The translations under genes were made by a program, and so were the position numbers. From Macrostomum lignano (Eukaryota), in assembly GCA_002269645.1 (NCBI GenBank), contig NIVC01001663.1, forward strand, positions 1-41,912: 41,912 nt of DNA, written 5' to 3'. This document shows, piece after piece, positions 1 through 11,360 of the stretch; the first letter of the stretch is position 1, and every line of letters starts with the position of its first letter. Under the pieces are notes generated by a model. That model made no database searches. It had not been told where the DNA came from and saw nothing but the letters and a program-made list of their open reading frames with translations.

Positions 1-449
1 CGCTCACCGCCTGTTAAAGCGACTCGCAGGTTATGCAATGAATTTAACTGTCCTACAATACACAGGCTTCATATTGAAAGGCAGAACAACTTAACAGTAG
101 CCAAATCATTGCGCAATCATCTATACAGTGCGCCAGTGAGCTAGGGTCCAATTGTACACACGCAGCCACTTAGAACCCCATCCCCCAACTGGAGAGAAAT
201 GCACTGGCGAGATAGGAGAAAGTTATGGCGCAAGCAATCAAAATTGATGCATTTTATCAGCTCCGAGCAGAAAGAGGGGACAAATAAGATTATCAAAGGT
301 CAAGATTGCAGTTTTCTGCTTTTTTAGGGATCTTAAAATGTGAAAATAAAAAATTGAAATAGCCCACTGCAGTCCCTGGAAAATTTGCAGTTTACCCATA
401 TAAGTTTCAACGCTGACTTGCAAGTATTCTAGGAGGAGTTATGCAACAC

Positions 450-485
450 ACAAACAAACAGACAAACAAACAAACAAACAAACAA
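450..485. repeat. (ACAA)n microsatellite
   Basis: Run caaacaaacagacaaacaaacaaacaaacaaacaa read directly. Confidence 0.9.
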
Positions 486-678
486 TCATCGCACCAACTT
501 TAGTATTAGGATTGTTATAACCGATATATAATAAGAGACTCAAAATTAAAAGATAGAGATAGTTTTTGACCAGATTTGCAATGTGCAAGAATTGTTTAGA
601 GTATGGAAGGGAATCTATATCAGTGCCCGAGTCCAGTCTACAGCACAAGCAGCTGCTGCAATTGAGCTACATCTACAC

Positions 679-976
679 CATACATGCGCAACAGTCGGCC
701 GAGTCGGCCGATCCGGCCGACCGATTTGGCGGCCAATCAAGGAAGTCGCAAAAATGCCCACCCAAAAAATAACCTGAAGAGTAGTACTAAGTAGCTGACG
801 AGGCATTTTAGCTTAATAAAACAGTCATAGTTACTCCTGCCGTTTACCCAAAGTTGCGTTAATTTTGCTTTCGGGTTTTTTTATATGTAAGTCGCATTTT
901 TGGCCAAAAACTACGTCGCATTTTTGTTAAAACTAAGTCGCACGGCTGACCGAATTTTGGAGGTTGCACATGTATG
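679..976. mobile_element. hAT-superfamily non-autonomous element (MITE), 298 bp
   Basis: 14-bp TIRs CATACATGCGCAAC (679-692) and GTTGCACATGTATG (963-976), 13/14 match. Perfect 8-bp direct repeat ATCTACAC at 671-678 and 977-984; 8-bp TSDs are typical of hAT. Subterminal short repeats (gtcggccga, aagtcgca). Confidence 0.85.
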
Positions 977-1363
977 ATCTACACAATAGTGAGCATACAA
1001 AGGAATGGCTTTTGTCTTTCTCATCTTTGTACACACGTCTGCATACTGCATTTAAATCACTGGTGCAAAGCTCAATAGGTATTACTTTGAGCTGCCAGAA
1101 ATGTGGAGCTCACAGTACAAATACAGCTTTAGCAGAACAATGAAAGCTGCGACACCTATTATCCGCTAAAGTATAGGTTGCCTGTTGTTTGAGGCTTAAA
1201 CTGCTGCTCATATTGCTATTTTTAAACTATTCTAGCTTGCAATTTTCATGCTAAATTTCATGTATAGCTATATCATATACCCTAATTGCTTAAACTGCTG
1301 CTCATACTGCTGTTTTTAAACTGTTCTAGTTTGCATTGAATGTTCACAATTAATATCTACATT

Positions 1364-2823
1364 AAAAATCATAGAAGCGTCATATAAAAATCATAGAAGC
1401 GTCATGTAAAAAATCATAGAAGCCTTATATAAAAACTAATGGAAGTGTCATTTGAGAAATCATAGAAGTGTCATAGAAGAATAAAAGAACTGTCATGTAA
1501 AAATCAAAAGAAGTGTCATGTCAGACATGAAAGAAGTATCATGTAAAAATTAAATGAAGCTATTGTGCTGTGCTGGGGAGAATTACTGAGATGTCAAGGC
1601 TCACAGAGAATAACTGAGATTACGTGGGGGGGGGTTTCTGAGATGTCAAAGCAAAAGTCAGAAGCTACTTCAAAGTACATGTACTTTACTCAATTTTTTT
1701 ATTACATTCTTTGTTGGCTTGCCACAGGGGGGGGGCACTGATAGAAGAAGAGTCATGTAAAAAATCATAGAAGCGTCATTTAAAATAATCATAGAAGCGT
1801 CATTTAAAATAATCATAGAAGCGTCGTGTAAACAATCATAGAAGTGTCATGTAAAAAAATCATAGAAGCGTCATGTAAAAAAATCATAGAAGTGTCATGA
1901 AAAATCATAGAAGCGTCATGTAAAAAATCATAGAAGCATCATGTAAAAAGTTATAGAAACGTCATGTAAAAAATCATAGAAGCGTCATGTAAAAAATCAT
2001 AGAAGCGTCATGTAAACCATCATAGAAGCGTCATGTAAAAAATCATAGAAGCGTCATGTAAACCATCATAGAAGCATCATGTAAACAATCATAGAAGCGT
2101 CATGTAAAAAATCATAGAAGCATCATGTAAACAATCATAGAAGCATCATGTAAAAAATCATAGAAGCATCATGTAAAAAGTCATAGAAACGTCATGTAAA
2201 AAATCATAGAAGCGTCATGTAAACCATCATAGAAGCATCATGTAAACAATCATAGAAGCATCATGTAAAAAATCATAGAAGTGTCATGTAAAAAATCATA
2301 GAAGCGTCATGTAAAAAATCATAGAAGCGTCATGTAAACCATCATAGAAGCATCATGTAAACAATCATAGAAGCATCATGTAAAAAATCATAGAAGTGTC
2401 ATGTAAACAATCATAGAAGCATCATGTAAAAAATCATAGAAGCATCATGTAAACAATCATAGAAGCGTCATGTAAAAAATCATAGAAGCCTTATATAAAA
2501 ACTAATGGAAGTGTCATTTGAGAAATCATAGAAGCGTCATGTCAAAATCAAAAGAAGCGTCATGTCAAAATCAAAAGAAGTGTCATGTCAGACATGAAGG
2601 AAGTATCATGTAAAAAAAATGAAGCTATTATGCTGTGCTGGGGAGAATTACTGAGATGTCAAGGTTCACAGAGAATAACTGAGATTATGGAAGGGGGGTT
2701 TCTGAGATGTCAAAGCAAAAGTCAGAAGCTACTTCAAAGTACATGTACTTTACTCAATTTTTTATTATATTCTTTGTTGGCTCGCCACGGGGGGGGGGGC
2801 GCTAATAGAAGAGTCATGTAAAA
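1364..2823. repeat. Composite minisatellite: 21-22-bp unit (AAAAATCATAGAAGCGTCATGT) with a duplicated ~350-bp block
   Basis: Core array at about 1757-2480. Block at about 1411-1763 recurs at about 2476-2823. Confidence 0.9.
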
Positions 2824-3418
2824 AAGAAAAGAAGCACTACGTATACATAAAAGAAGAGTCATGTCGAAGTTAAAAGATTCATTTGGGAATTGCTACGATG
2901 TCAAGGCTTGGAGGGAATTGCTATAGTGCTATGATTCTTGAAGAAAGAATCACTAAATTGTCAAGGCTTAGGGGAGAAGAATTACTGAGATTTCAAGGCT
3001 TTTATAGGTTGGGTTAAAGTTAGGTTTAGGTCAGGTTTGGGTTGAGGGTTAGATTTTAGCGGGTGCCAAGGTTAACAGGGGATTTTTCAGATATCAAGGT
3101 TTATGGGGGCATTGCTGACATGTCAAGGCTTATGGGGGGAATAGCTGAGATGTCAAGGCTCATGGGGGTATAAATGAGATGTCAAGGCTAAAGTCAGAAG
3201 CTACATGTAGTCTATTGAAAACTTTTTTTCATTATTTGTTGGCTCCTCATGGGAGGGATCGCTGATAGAAAAAGTGTAATGTAAAAAATAAAAGAAGCTC
3301 CATGTTGAAGTTAAGAGATTCATTTGGGAATCCCTACAATGTTGAGGCTTGCAGGGAATCGCTATAATGCTGTAGTGCTATAATGACTGTTGGAGAGAAT
3401 TACTGAAATGTCAATGCT

Positions 3419-3492
3419 TTAGGGTTAGGGTTAGGGTTAGGTTCAGGGTTAGGGTTAGGGTTAGGCTAGGGTTAGGCTAGGGTTAGGGTTAG
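3419..3492 (+). repeat. Interstitial telomere-type (TTAGGG)n tract
   Basis: About 12 units of TTAGGG with variants (TTAGGC, TCAGGG). A more decayed counterpart lies at about 3003-3055. Confidence 0.85.
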
Positions 3493-5936
3493 AAGGTTGA
3501 CAGATTTCTTAAGATTTCAAGGCTTATGGGGCATTGCTAAGATGTCAAGGGGGTTGATATGCTAAGGCTTGTGGGAGGATTTTCTGACATATCAAGGCTT
3601 ATAAGGTATAATGCAAAGAGACACTTACATGTAGTTTATTAAAAAAACTTATACTGCATTTTTTTGGCTCCCTAACAAGGGATGCTGATTGCTAGTAGTT
3701 CCTATAGTTGTAGCTATAGTTCTAACAAAAAGTCTAGGAAATAAAATACTTTTAATCAATCAATAAGATTCCCAATACTTAAACAATTACAAATTAAGGT
3801 AGAAACTTAAACAACTACTTGATTGCCTTTTGACTTTTTTAGATTATTTTTTTTTATTTACTACTGAAAATCAATTATTAGTAAAAGATAGATACAACTT
3901 TTTTCACATGATTAAAAGTTAGATAGGTTAGAATTTGCTAGGCCTAATGTTTTATTGTATTATATTAGGGCCTAGGTTAGATATAATTTAGGACATATAA
4001 GTTTTTAAATCTTTATTATACAGTTTACCAAGTAGGCCTAGGCCTATTTTTGTTTAAGCTTACTTTATTTTTGATATTTTTAATTTTTTTAACTTATAAC
4101 TATATTTACAGCTATAAGAATCTATAGAATATGACTGCAGTCTGTAAATACTCGAGGTTATATTTTCATAGTAGTTGTAGCCATAAGAGCAGCTAGGCCT
4201 ATCTACTATAGGTATATCCATAGTTGCCATAAGCACCTATTTTACTATATTTGTCATAAGACCTCATATCATAGGCATAGCTATACTTATACTATAGCTA
4301 TGGCAGAACACTAATAATATAACAGTGACACAACCCGGCTATCCTACGAATCATTCATTAAACTCATTGTATGCATATTTTTTTATCTATTGACATGAAC
4401 TTTCCAAAAATGAATATTTATTTTCATTATGTCAACATTTTAGAAGCGTTTAGAAGTGTCTATATTTGTTAGTTCAAGGGCTGCACAATTCACAAACCTC
4501 TTGAGGTGGCACAATCCATGTTGGGGCAGAAGTCTAGAAAATCCAGAAAAACCTAGAAATTGTAATAAAAGTTAACTTACAACCCCTAGGCCTACAGATG
4601 CAATTCTAATCCAAAAACACTTCTAAAATACTGGCATAATGAAATGTGCGAACATTGAGTTTAACGAACGATTCTGCAGGATAGCCTACCTCATGTAGTA
4701 ATGACAAAAAATGAAATAGTAGCCCCCCCCTAATCTTTTATCTTCTGCCTCTATGACTATAACAAGAATACAAGTAATTGGAATCATGACTGCGCTTGAG
4801 GAGACTACGAAACTGTACTAGGCCTAGCTAGCAGTAGTAGAAGTGCATATCGTGACATATTAGTGCGTCCGATTGGTCCGCTCGAGTCCATGCAGAATGC
4901 ATTCAAATTTACGGCAAAGATAAGACAGTAAAACTAAAGTACAAGAATGAAAAGCAACAAAGTTCAAAAGTATCTTTACAAATATTTTATCAAAAACTTT
5001 GAAATACTTAGTTGTTTCTAAAATAGTACTTTTTAGCTGCATGTGCAGCATCGAATAATTTAATTAGGTTTGAAACTGTCAGATCAAGTTATATTTAATT
5101 TTATTTGACACGCCATGCTGATGCTGCAAGCTTTTTTTAAGTTAACATAGTTTAAAGAATGGCTACTATGTGTGCTTCTAAATAAGTTAGTATCGCATTG
5201 AAGTGTTTATATTAGACTACTGCACATGTATAACATGAAACTACATGATGCAGCAGTATGTCAGCTAACGAAGTGGAATATGTAGTTGCCGTAAACACTG
5301 ACAAATAAATAATGTTATTGATTTGCTCTAAGTCAGTTATATTTTAGTATCAGTGTACACCTTATACGCGGTCAATAATTCATGGACATGAACGTCACAA
5401 ATCTTTCACTTTTAGAACACCTATAATTATATGAATCGCCGACTAGGCCATTTTGGGGATCGTTTTTTCGCTCCTCTTAAACCGCATTCTTCAGACTTTA
5501 CAGAACCAAACCAGCGTGATACTTCCAGTTAATCAGTAAATATGTTTATTGCCTGAATTTTCAAGATTGTTAGCTACTCTTTTTCTGTATGGTCATCACA
5601 TTCAAGAGGTTAAGGATTTGAAAACCAAGAAAGCGAAGTAAGATTTAATAGGGAGCACAAATAAAATACCATCAGTTAAGTTTAGTCCTTCATTATATTT
5701 GAATACTTCGAAGTAGACGTACTCGTAAATGCACACTAAGTCAGCAAATGGTCTTAATGTGTGCAACCAAATTGCGCCAAAAACGCGAAATCGAATGCAT
5801 TGTACTATGCGAGCTATACTCGTACTATCATAGTAATATATGAAAAATACATATAGCTAGTGGTACACGGCATTTCGAATAAAGTCAAGCGTGTATAATT
5901 TTTTAATGTATCCATCCACAATAACAAAATAGAAAG

Positions 5937-6917
5937 TACGGGGGGTGTCCAAAAAGTAGTGATACTTTTAACCGTAGCTCTCGTTCTATAGCTTCCTGTG
6001 TGATTTAAAATTTTATGAACTGATAGCGGAAAATCTCTTCTACAGACTGCTTTTTGAATTTTTAAAATTGATACCAGAGAGCAAAAGTTATACCCATGAA
6101 AGCAACAGTACCTGTACCATAGAGTTACACAAATTATAGGCTGAGCTTCACGAGATCCATTCCGAGTAAGCTTCGATGAATTGTTAATTTCGGCTTGTCC
6201 AACCTGTCAGCGATCTCTCTAATGGTCATTCGAGAGTCCTCGTCAAGATCCAGAATAGAGTCCGCCAGTACATCAGGTCGATGAACGTATGGCCGCCCCA
6301 TCCGATGCTGATCTGCCAAGTCAGTCCTTCCCTCGCTGAATTGCTCCATCCATCGATAAACTGTCATTTTGCTGACCGCAGAGGATCCGTGCGCAGAGCA
6401 AAGTTTTGCGTGAATTTCTGAGGCACATGGCCAGCACCCCAGAGAGTGAAGATGGTACTTTGCTGAGCAACAACTGAGTGCACATCCATGTGTTGTCGAG
6501 TATGGGCAATGAAATCAATTGCAAAATGCAAGCTCCTCTGTTTGCAAGTAAAGTAATGAATTTAATGCTATATTTTTCTGCACATGATTCTGTCCATAGA
6601 CAAATTTCAGTCAGTCACAGTGAGCATCATTTTGCAATTGGGCTTTGGTATTGCTTAAACAAGACATTTATCGATGCTATCTTAATGAATGAGTGCAGAA
6701 GTCGACTATTATAAATTTCGATATAATTTGTGTAACTCTATGGTACAGGTACTGTTACTTTCGTGGGTATAACTTTTGTTCTCTAGTATCAATTTTTAAA
6801 ATTCAAAAAGCAGTCTGTAGAAGAGATTTGCCGCTATCAGTTCATAAAATTTTAAATCACACAGGAAGCTATAGAACGAGAGCTACAGCTAAAAGTATCA
6901 CTACTTTTTGGACACCC
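5937..6917 (-). mobile_element. Internally deleted Tc1/mariner element with ~196-bp inverted arms
   Basis: Arms 5943-6138 and 6722-6917 are reverse complements with about 8 mismatches. Left end is TA+CGGGGGGTGTCCAAAAAGTAG (mariner-like); the right end lacks the last few bases. Encloses a transposase N-terminal fragment. Confidence 0.9.
6134..6489 (-). pseudogene. Mariner transposase N-terminal HTH fragment (frameshifted, no catalytic domain)
   Basis: MDVHSVVAQQSTIFTLWGAGH / frameshift / ASEIHAKLCSAHGSSAVSKMTVYRWMEQFSEGRTDLADQHRMGRP...DSRMTIREIADRL...TIHRSL...KLS matches the mariner paired-HTH pattern (TVYRW..F..GR..L.D..R.GRP). It stops at the inner edge of the left arm. Confidence 0.85.
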
Positions 6918-7510
6918 AAAAATAATTTCGTAATTCGAACACCAAAGTCCAAGGAGTGGCGGAAAAATGCTCTGAAATGATATACTATTAAAAATTTAAT
7001 TTCTATGATTCACAAAGGCGCGATCAGAGCCTAAACAAACCTTAAAATTAATCACCAGTGACTGTATTTGCGTTATGTTAAAATCTATCAATACTGTTAT
7101 AACTTACAAATTCTTATTGACGATCATATTTCAGCGACAAAGCTAAATTAACATAATTATCCTAAAAAATGATAAAAATGATGCAACAAACGGAACAAAT
7201 AGTAACCCATGCAGGTGCTGTTGTTTAGTGCTTTTGAAACAACTATCTGCAATGTACGGAGATTAAAGAATAATACGGATACTCAGGCAGAATATTTGTA
7301 CATTTGGAGAAAAAACTAAATAAGGAAGAACGCATTACAGAGAGTGAGAGCGCTTTCCTCCCTGCACTGCAAGTGCTGTCAATTAACCATGGTTGATTGT
7401 AGAATATGAAAGAGAAAGAGATACGAATACATAAAGTTGCGCCCAACCCCAAACAAATATGGCTATTTCGGGAGTGCATGACCATTTCATGATCATCAGA
7501 TATTATGATG

Positions 7511-8475
7511 GACATCCACTCACCAACACATGATCCTCAGGATAGACATCCACTCACCAACACATGATCCTCAGGATAGACATCCACTCACCAACACATG
7601 ATCCTCAGGATAGACATCCACTCACCAACACATGATCCTCAGGATAGACATCCACTCACCAACACATGATCCTCAGGATAGACATCCACTCACCAACACA
7701 TGATCCTCAGGATAGACATCCACTCACCAACACATGATCCTCAGGATAGACATCCACTCACCAACACATGATCCTCAGGATAGACATCCACTCACCAACA
7801 CATGATCCTCAGGATAGACATCCACTCACCAACACATGATCCTCAGGATAGACATCCACTCACCAACACATGATCCTCAGGATAGACATCCACTCACCAA
7901 CACATGATCCTCAGGATAGACATCCACTCACCAACACATGATCCTCAGGATAGACATCCACTCACCAACACATGATCCTCAGGATAGACATCCACTCACC
8001 AACACATGATCCTCAGGATAGACATCCACTCACCAACACATGATCCTCAGGATAGACATCCACTCACCAACACATGATCCTCAGGATAGACATCCACTCA
8101 CCAACACATGATCCTCAGGATAGACATCCACTCACCAACACATGATCCTCAGGATAGACATCCACTCACCAACACATGATCCTCAGGATAGACATCCACT
8201 CACACACACACATGATCCTCAGGATAGACATCCACTCACCAACACATGATCCTCAGGATAGACATCCACTCACCAACACATGATCCTCAGGATAGACATC
8301 CACTCACCAACACATGATCCTCAGGATAGACATCCACTCACCAACACATGATCCTCAGGATAGACATCCACTCACCAACACATGATCCTCAGGATAGACA
8401 TCCACTCACCAACACATGATCCTCAGGATAGACATCCACTCACCAACACATGATCCTCAGGATAGACATCCACTC
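7511..8475. repeat. 34-bp minisatellite (GACATCCACTCACCAACACATGATCCTCAGGATA), about 28 copies
   Basis: Near-perfect tandem array with one variant near 8200; no unique spacers. Confidence 0.97.
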
Positions 8476-8550
8476 GTCACTTCCTGCCCTCCTACATGCC
8501 ATGACACCCTGATTGCGAGACAATCAAATTCCAAAGAGCCGAGCCGTCAC

Positions 8551-8913
8551 TCAGACCAGCTGCAGCTCCTCAGGCGGCGGCCTAATAGTGATGCTGCGCA
8601 CATCGTAGCGCAACCAGGCCAGCAGCAGTCTGACAGACCAGGCCAGACCCAGGATTGACAGTAGAAAGGCGTGAAAACCCAACGGTTGAGTAGATTGCAA
8701 CGGCCATAATAGGAGGCCGCGGCGACGAGCGTCGCGCAGCTGATGGCTGCCCCAGGCGACAAGGGTCAGCCAGGCCAGGCCGGGCACAGCTGGCGGCTTG
8801 CCGCGATAACGCTGATGACCCCGCTCATAGGCCAGGAATAGGCCGACAATGACCAGCAGTAATAGGCTGTTGTGCAATACACCGCGAGGACAATTTGAAC
8901 AGTTGATTACGCG
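8551..8913 (-). CDS. TMEM267: TMEM267 coding exon 2 (to TGA)
   Basis: Acceptor TTTACAG| at 8914, phase 0. RVINCSNCPRGVLHNSLL...WGSHQLRDARRRGLLLWP matches the TMEM267 motif SHHIRDGIRHGLWICP. Confidence 0.85.
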   Translation of the reverse strand, partial: RVINCSNCPRGVLHNSLLLLVIVGLFLAYERGHQRYRGKPPAVPGLAWLTLVAWGSHQLRDARRRGLLLWPLQSTQPLGFHAFLLSILGLAWSVRLLLAWLRYDVRSITIRPPPEELQLV

Positions 8914-9078
8914 CTGTAAAATAGGTTTTATTATTTTGGCCGCTTTAAATTTGGACTCGTACATTTATAAGACATGAAAAGGCAGATTTTTATTGTGTCA
9001 TTTTAGTTGCTAGGTGGCGGCAGTCACGCCCATTCTGCTGACCACTGAGCGTGTATAAATCTTGCGTCTTAGGCTCTG

Positions 9079-9981
9079 GGGCCCGTGCTATAGAATACTC
9101 TTAACTCCTAAATCCTTAAGAGTGTCCTAACTCCTAGCTCCTAGCTGGCTTTTCTGTGCTATTGAATCAAGAGTAAATTTTAACAGCTAGGAGGCTCCTT
9201 AAGGACGTTAGGATACTCCTGGGTGAATTTAGGAGAACTCATTAAGGTCCGTGGCATGCTATAGAATTCGGAGAGGAAGTCTAGGAGCTAGGAGTTGGCT
9301 TTTAGGAGTGATTCTAGGAGCGTGTGTCCTATAGAATGAGAAAATTTCGCTCCTAACTCTTGACTCCTAAGCAAGAGTTCAAGGGCCAATTTTCACTCTT
9401 AGACAAGCTAGGATTATAATGTTTTCGGACAGCGAATCGGATTCTGATGAGGAAGGAGTCAATGATAGACGCCGTCGACAATTAAGGCAAGAATTAATTT
9501 TTTTGAAGAAGATCCAGCCGAGAGTGCTATGCGTTTTAGACTTAACGAGATCCAGCTTTCAAGCCTAACAGATAGAATTCGACACAGAATCGAACATCCA
9601 ACACGGTGCACATAGCAATCTTCGCATTCTTAGTTATGGTTTTACTAAACGCACCAAAGAGAACCTCTTTGCGTGCAGCGACGGCTCTCATAAATGATAT
9701 TTTTTGAGCAATTTGCATTTTCACTCCTGAGATTCAATCCTTAAGGAGCGTAAAGTTAGGATTGTGATATAGCACACAATTCTCTATCATCCTTAAATGA
9801 TTGCGCAACACTCCTTGAACACACCCCCACTCCTAGACTGAACTCCTTGCAAAAACTCCTATAGCTCCTAACTCTTCTTAACTCCTGAAATCTATAGCAC
9901 ACAAAATTCAATCACTCCTTGTCAAGAGTACTCTTGAGTCCTAGCTCCAACTCCTAACTCCTGATTCTATAGCACGGGCCC
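9079..9981. mobile_element. PIF/Harbinger deletion derivative in the TMEM267 intron, 903 bp
   Basis: Perfect 18-bp TIRs GGGCCCGTGCTATAGAAT (9079-9096 and 9964-9981) and a 3-bp TSD CTG (9076-9078 and 9982-9984). Plus-strand transposase N-terminal remnant at about 9419-9605; minus-strand Myb/SANT-like remnant at about 9724-9610. Confidence 0.8.
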
Positions 9982-10149
9982 CTGGCCCTAATGGGGCGTG
10001 ATTTGCACGACACAACAACCTCAAGAAAAGCTGTCAGCAAGTCGCTCAGCCCGACAATTGAAGCATTAAAGTATACTAGAACTACTGCTCAAGAATTGCC
10101 TTAATTGAGATTTTGTTAATCATTTATCTTGGACACTTAACTATTGTTA

Positions 10150-10484
10150 AGCTTGTTGCGGGGTGCTGTGTGCATGTGCACCATGATGCACTTTAAGCGA
10201 CATTGTCACACAACCGGCGAGAGGCATTACTGCCCATTCCGCCAACCCCCCCCGCAGTCATACGCACAGGCACACACTCACACAGGAGTGTACAGCGGCC
10301 CTAACTTGATTTATCGCTAGGCATGTACACTTCACTGTGCCTTGGGGGTTGGTCCTCAAGGCCGTTAATTGCACGAGCGGAGCCAAGCTGACATTCCAAT
10401 TTAGCCCCAAATTAATGCGACTGCACTTGGAATCGAGCCTGGGCCGCTTGCAAATGAGAGCGCTAAACCACTAGGCTACGGCCC
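10150..10484 (-). mobile_element. Probable tRNA-derived SINE (head 10484-10417; 3' extent uncertain)
   Basis: Minus strand GGGCCGTAGCCTAGTGGTTTAGCGC...GGCTCGATTCC gives a Pol III A box (TAGCCTAGTGG) and a B box with one mismatch at tRNA-like spacing. It does not fold into a full cloverleaf. Confidence 0.45.
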
Positions 10485-10500
10485 TCTCCCCAAATCTCAC

Positions 10501-10905
10501 CCATGGATTGAGGCTGCCAGCAGCCAGGAAGTGGTCAACATCGATCACGGTGGCCAGCACGCAGGCGTACACAGCCGATTCCAGTACAAAGCACCGGCCG
10601 AGTGTCAGATTGGCAGCCAGAGACCAGCTTTGCCCGGCCAGGGTCATGTGAGCCAGCCAGTCGAATAGAACAGCAGCCAGACTGTAATAGGAGCCTTTGG
10701 GGATGCCGCTGCCGACGCTGAGGCCGAGGCGATTCGGATTGATGCTTTCCTGCAACGTGCAGATCAGCGCCAGCAGAGACGTGTGCAGCACAGGGTAGAT
10801 GAAACGCAGGCCGCCGCCGCCGCCGCCGCCTAAACTGAGCCTGTCTGACAGGGCAGCGGCTGGCGGCTGCTTCTCGTCGGCCGCTGGCGCTGAGTCCGTC
10901 TTCAT
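10501..10905 (-). CDS. TMEM267: TMEM267 coding exon 1
   Basis: ATG at 10905. ...DWLAHMTLAGQSW...LATVIDVDHFLAAGSLNPW, then donor GTGAGA at 10500, phase 0. Spliced product is 255 aa with the TMEM267 DHF..AGS motif. Confidence 0.85.
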
Positions 10906-11034
10906 CGACTCTTTCTGCTGCTTGTTCTGGATGAGGGATTATTCGACCTCAGGATGGGATTAGAGAGCAGACTGAAGTCAAGAAATGGTTGCCAGAGACG
11001 TGATCATTTCTTTAGAGAAGCGCCTCACAATATA

Positions 11035-11360
11035 TCCACAGTCTATCAACAGGCTATTCAGAGTCTATCCACGAAGTCTATCCACGAAGTCTATCCACAA
11101 AGTCTATTAAGAGTCTACCCACAAAGTCTGTCCACAGTCTATTAAGAGTCTATCCACGAAGTCTATCGACAGATTATTTACGAAGTCTATACGCAAAGTC
11201 GATCCTCAACGTCTATCCACAAGGTCTATTCAGAGTTTTTATCCACAAGGTCTCTCCACAAAGTCTATCCCTAGTCTATCTAGGGCATCTCAGCGTCTAT
11301 CCACAAAGTTCATCCAAGGTCTAGCCACAAAATCTATCCATAGGGTCTATCAACAAAGCT
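11035..11360. repeat. Degenerate ~14-bp minisatellite (AGTCTATCCACGAA)
   Basis: Recurrent gtctatccac core with decay. Confidence 0.75.

Noticed and set aside
7475-7505. Minus-strand CTGATGA-TCAT-GAAA, and CTGAGGA in each 34-mer, as hammerhead candidates
   Set aside because: No stem II can form in the first; the repeat units lack GAAA.
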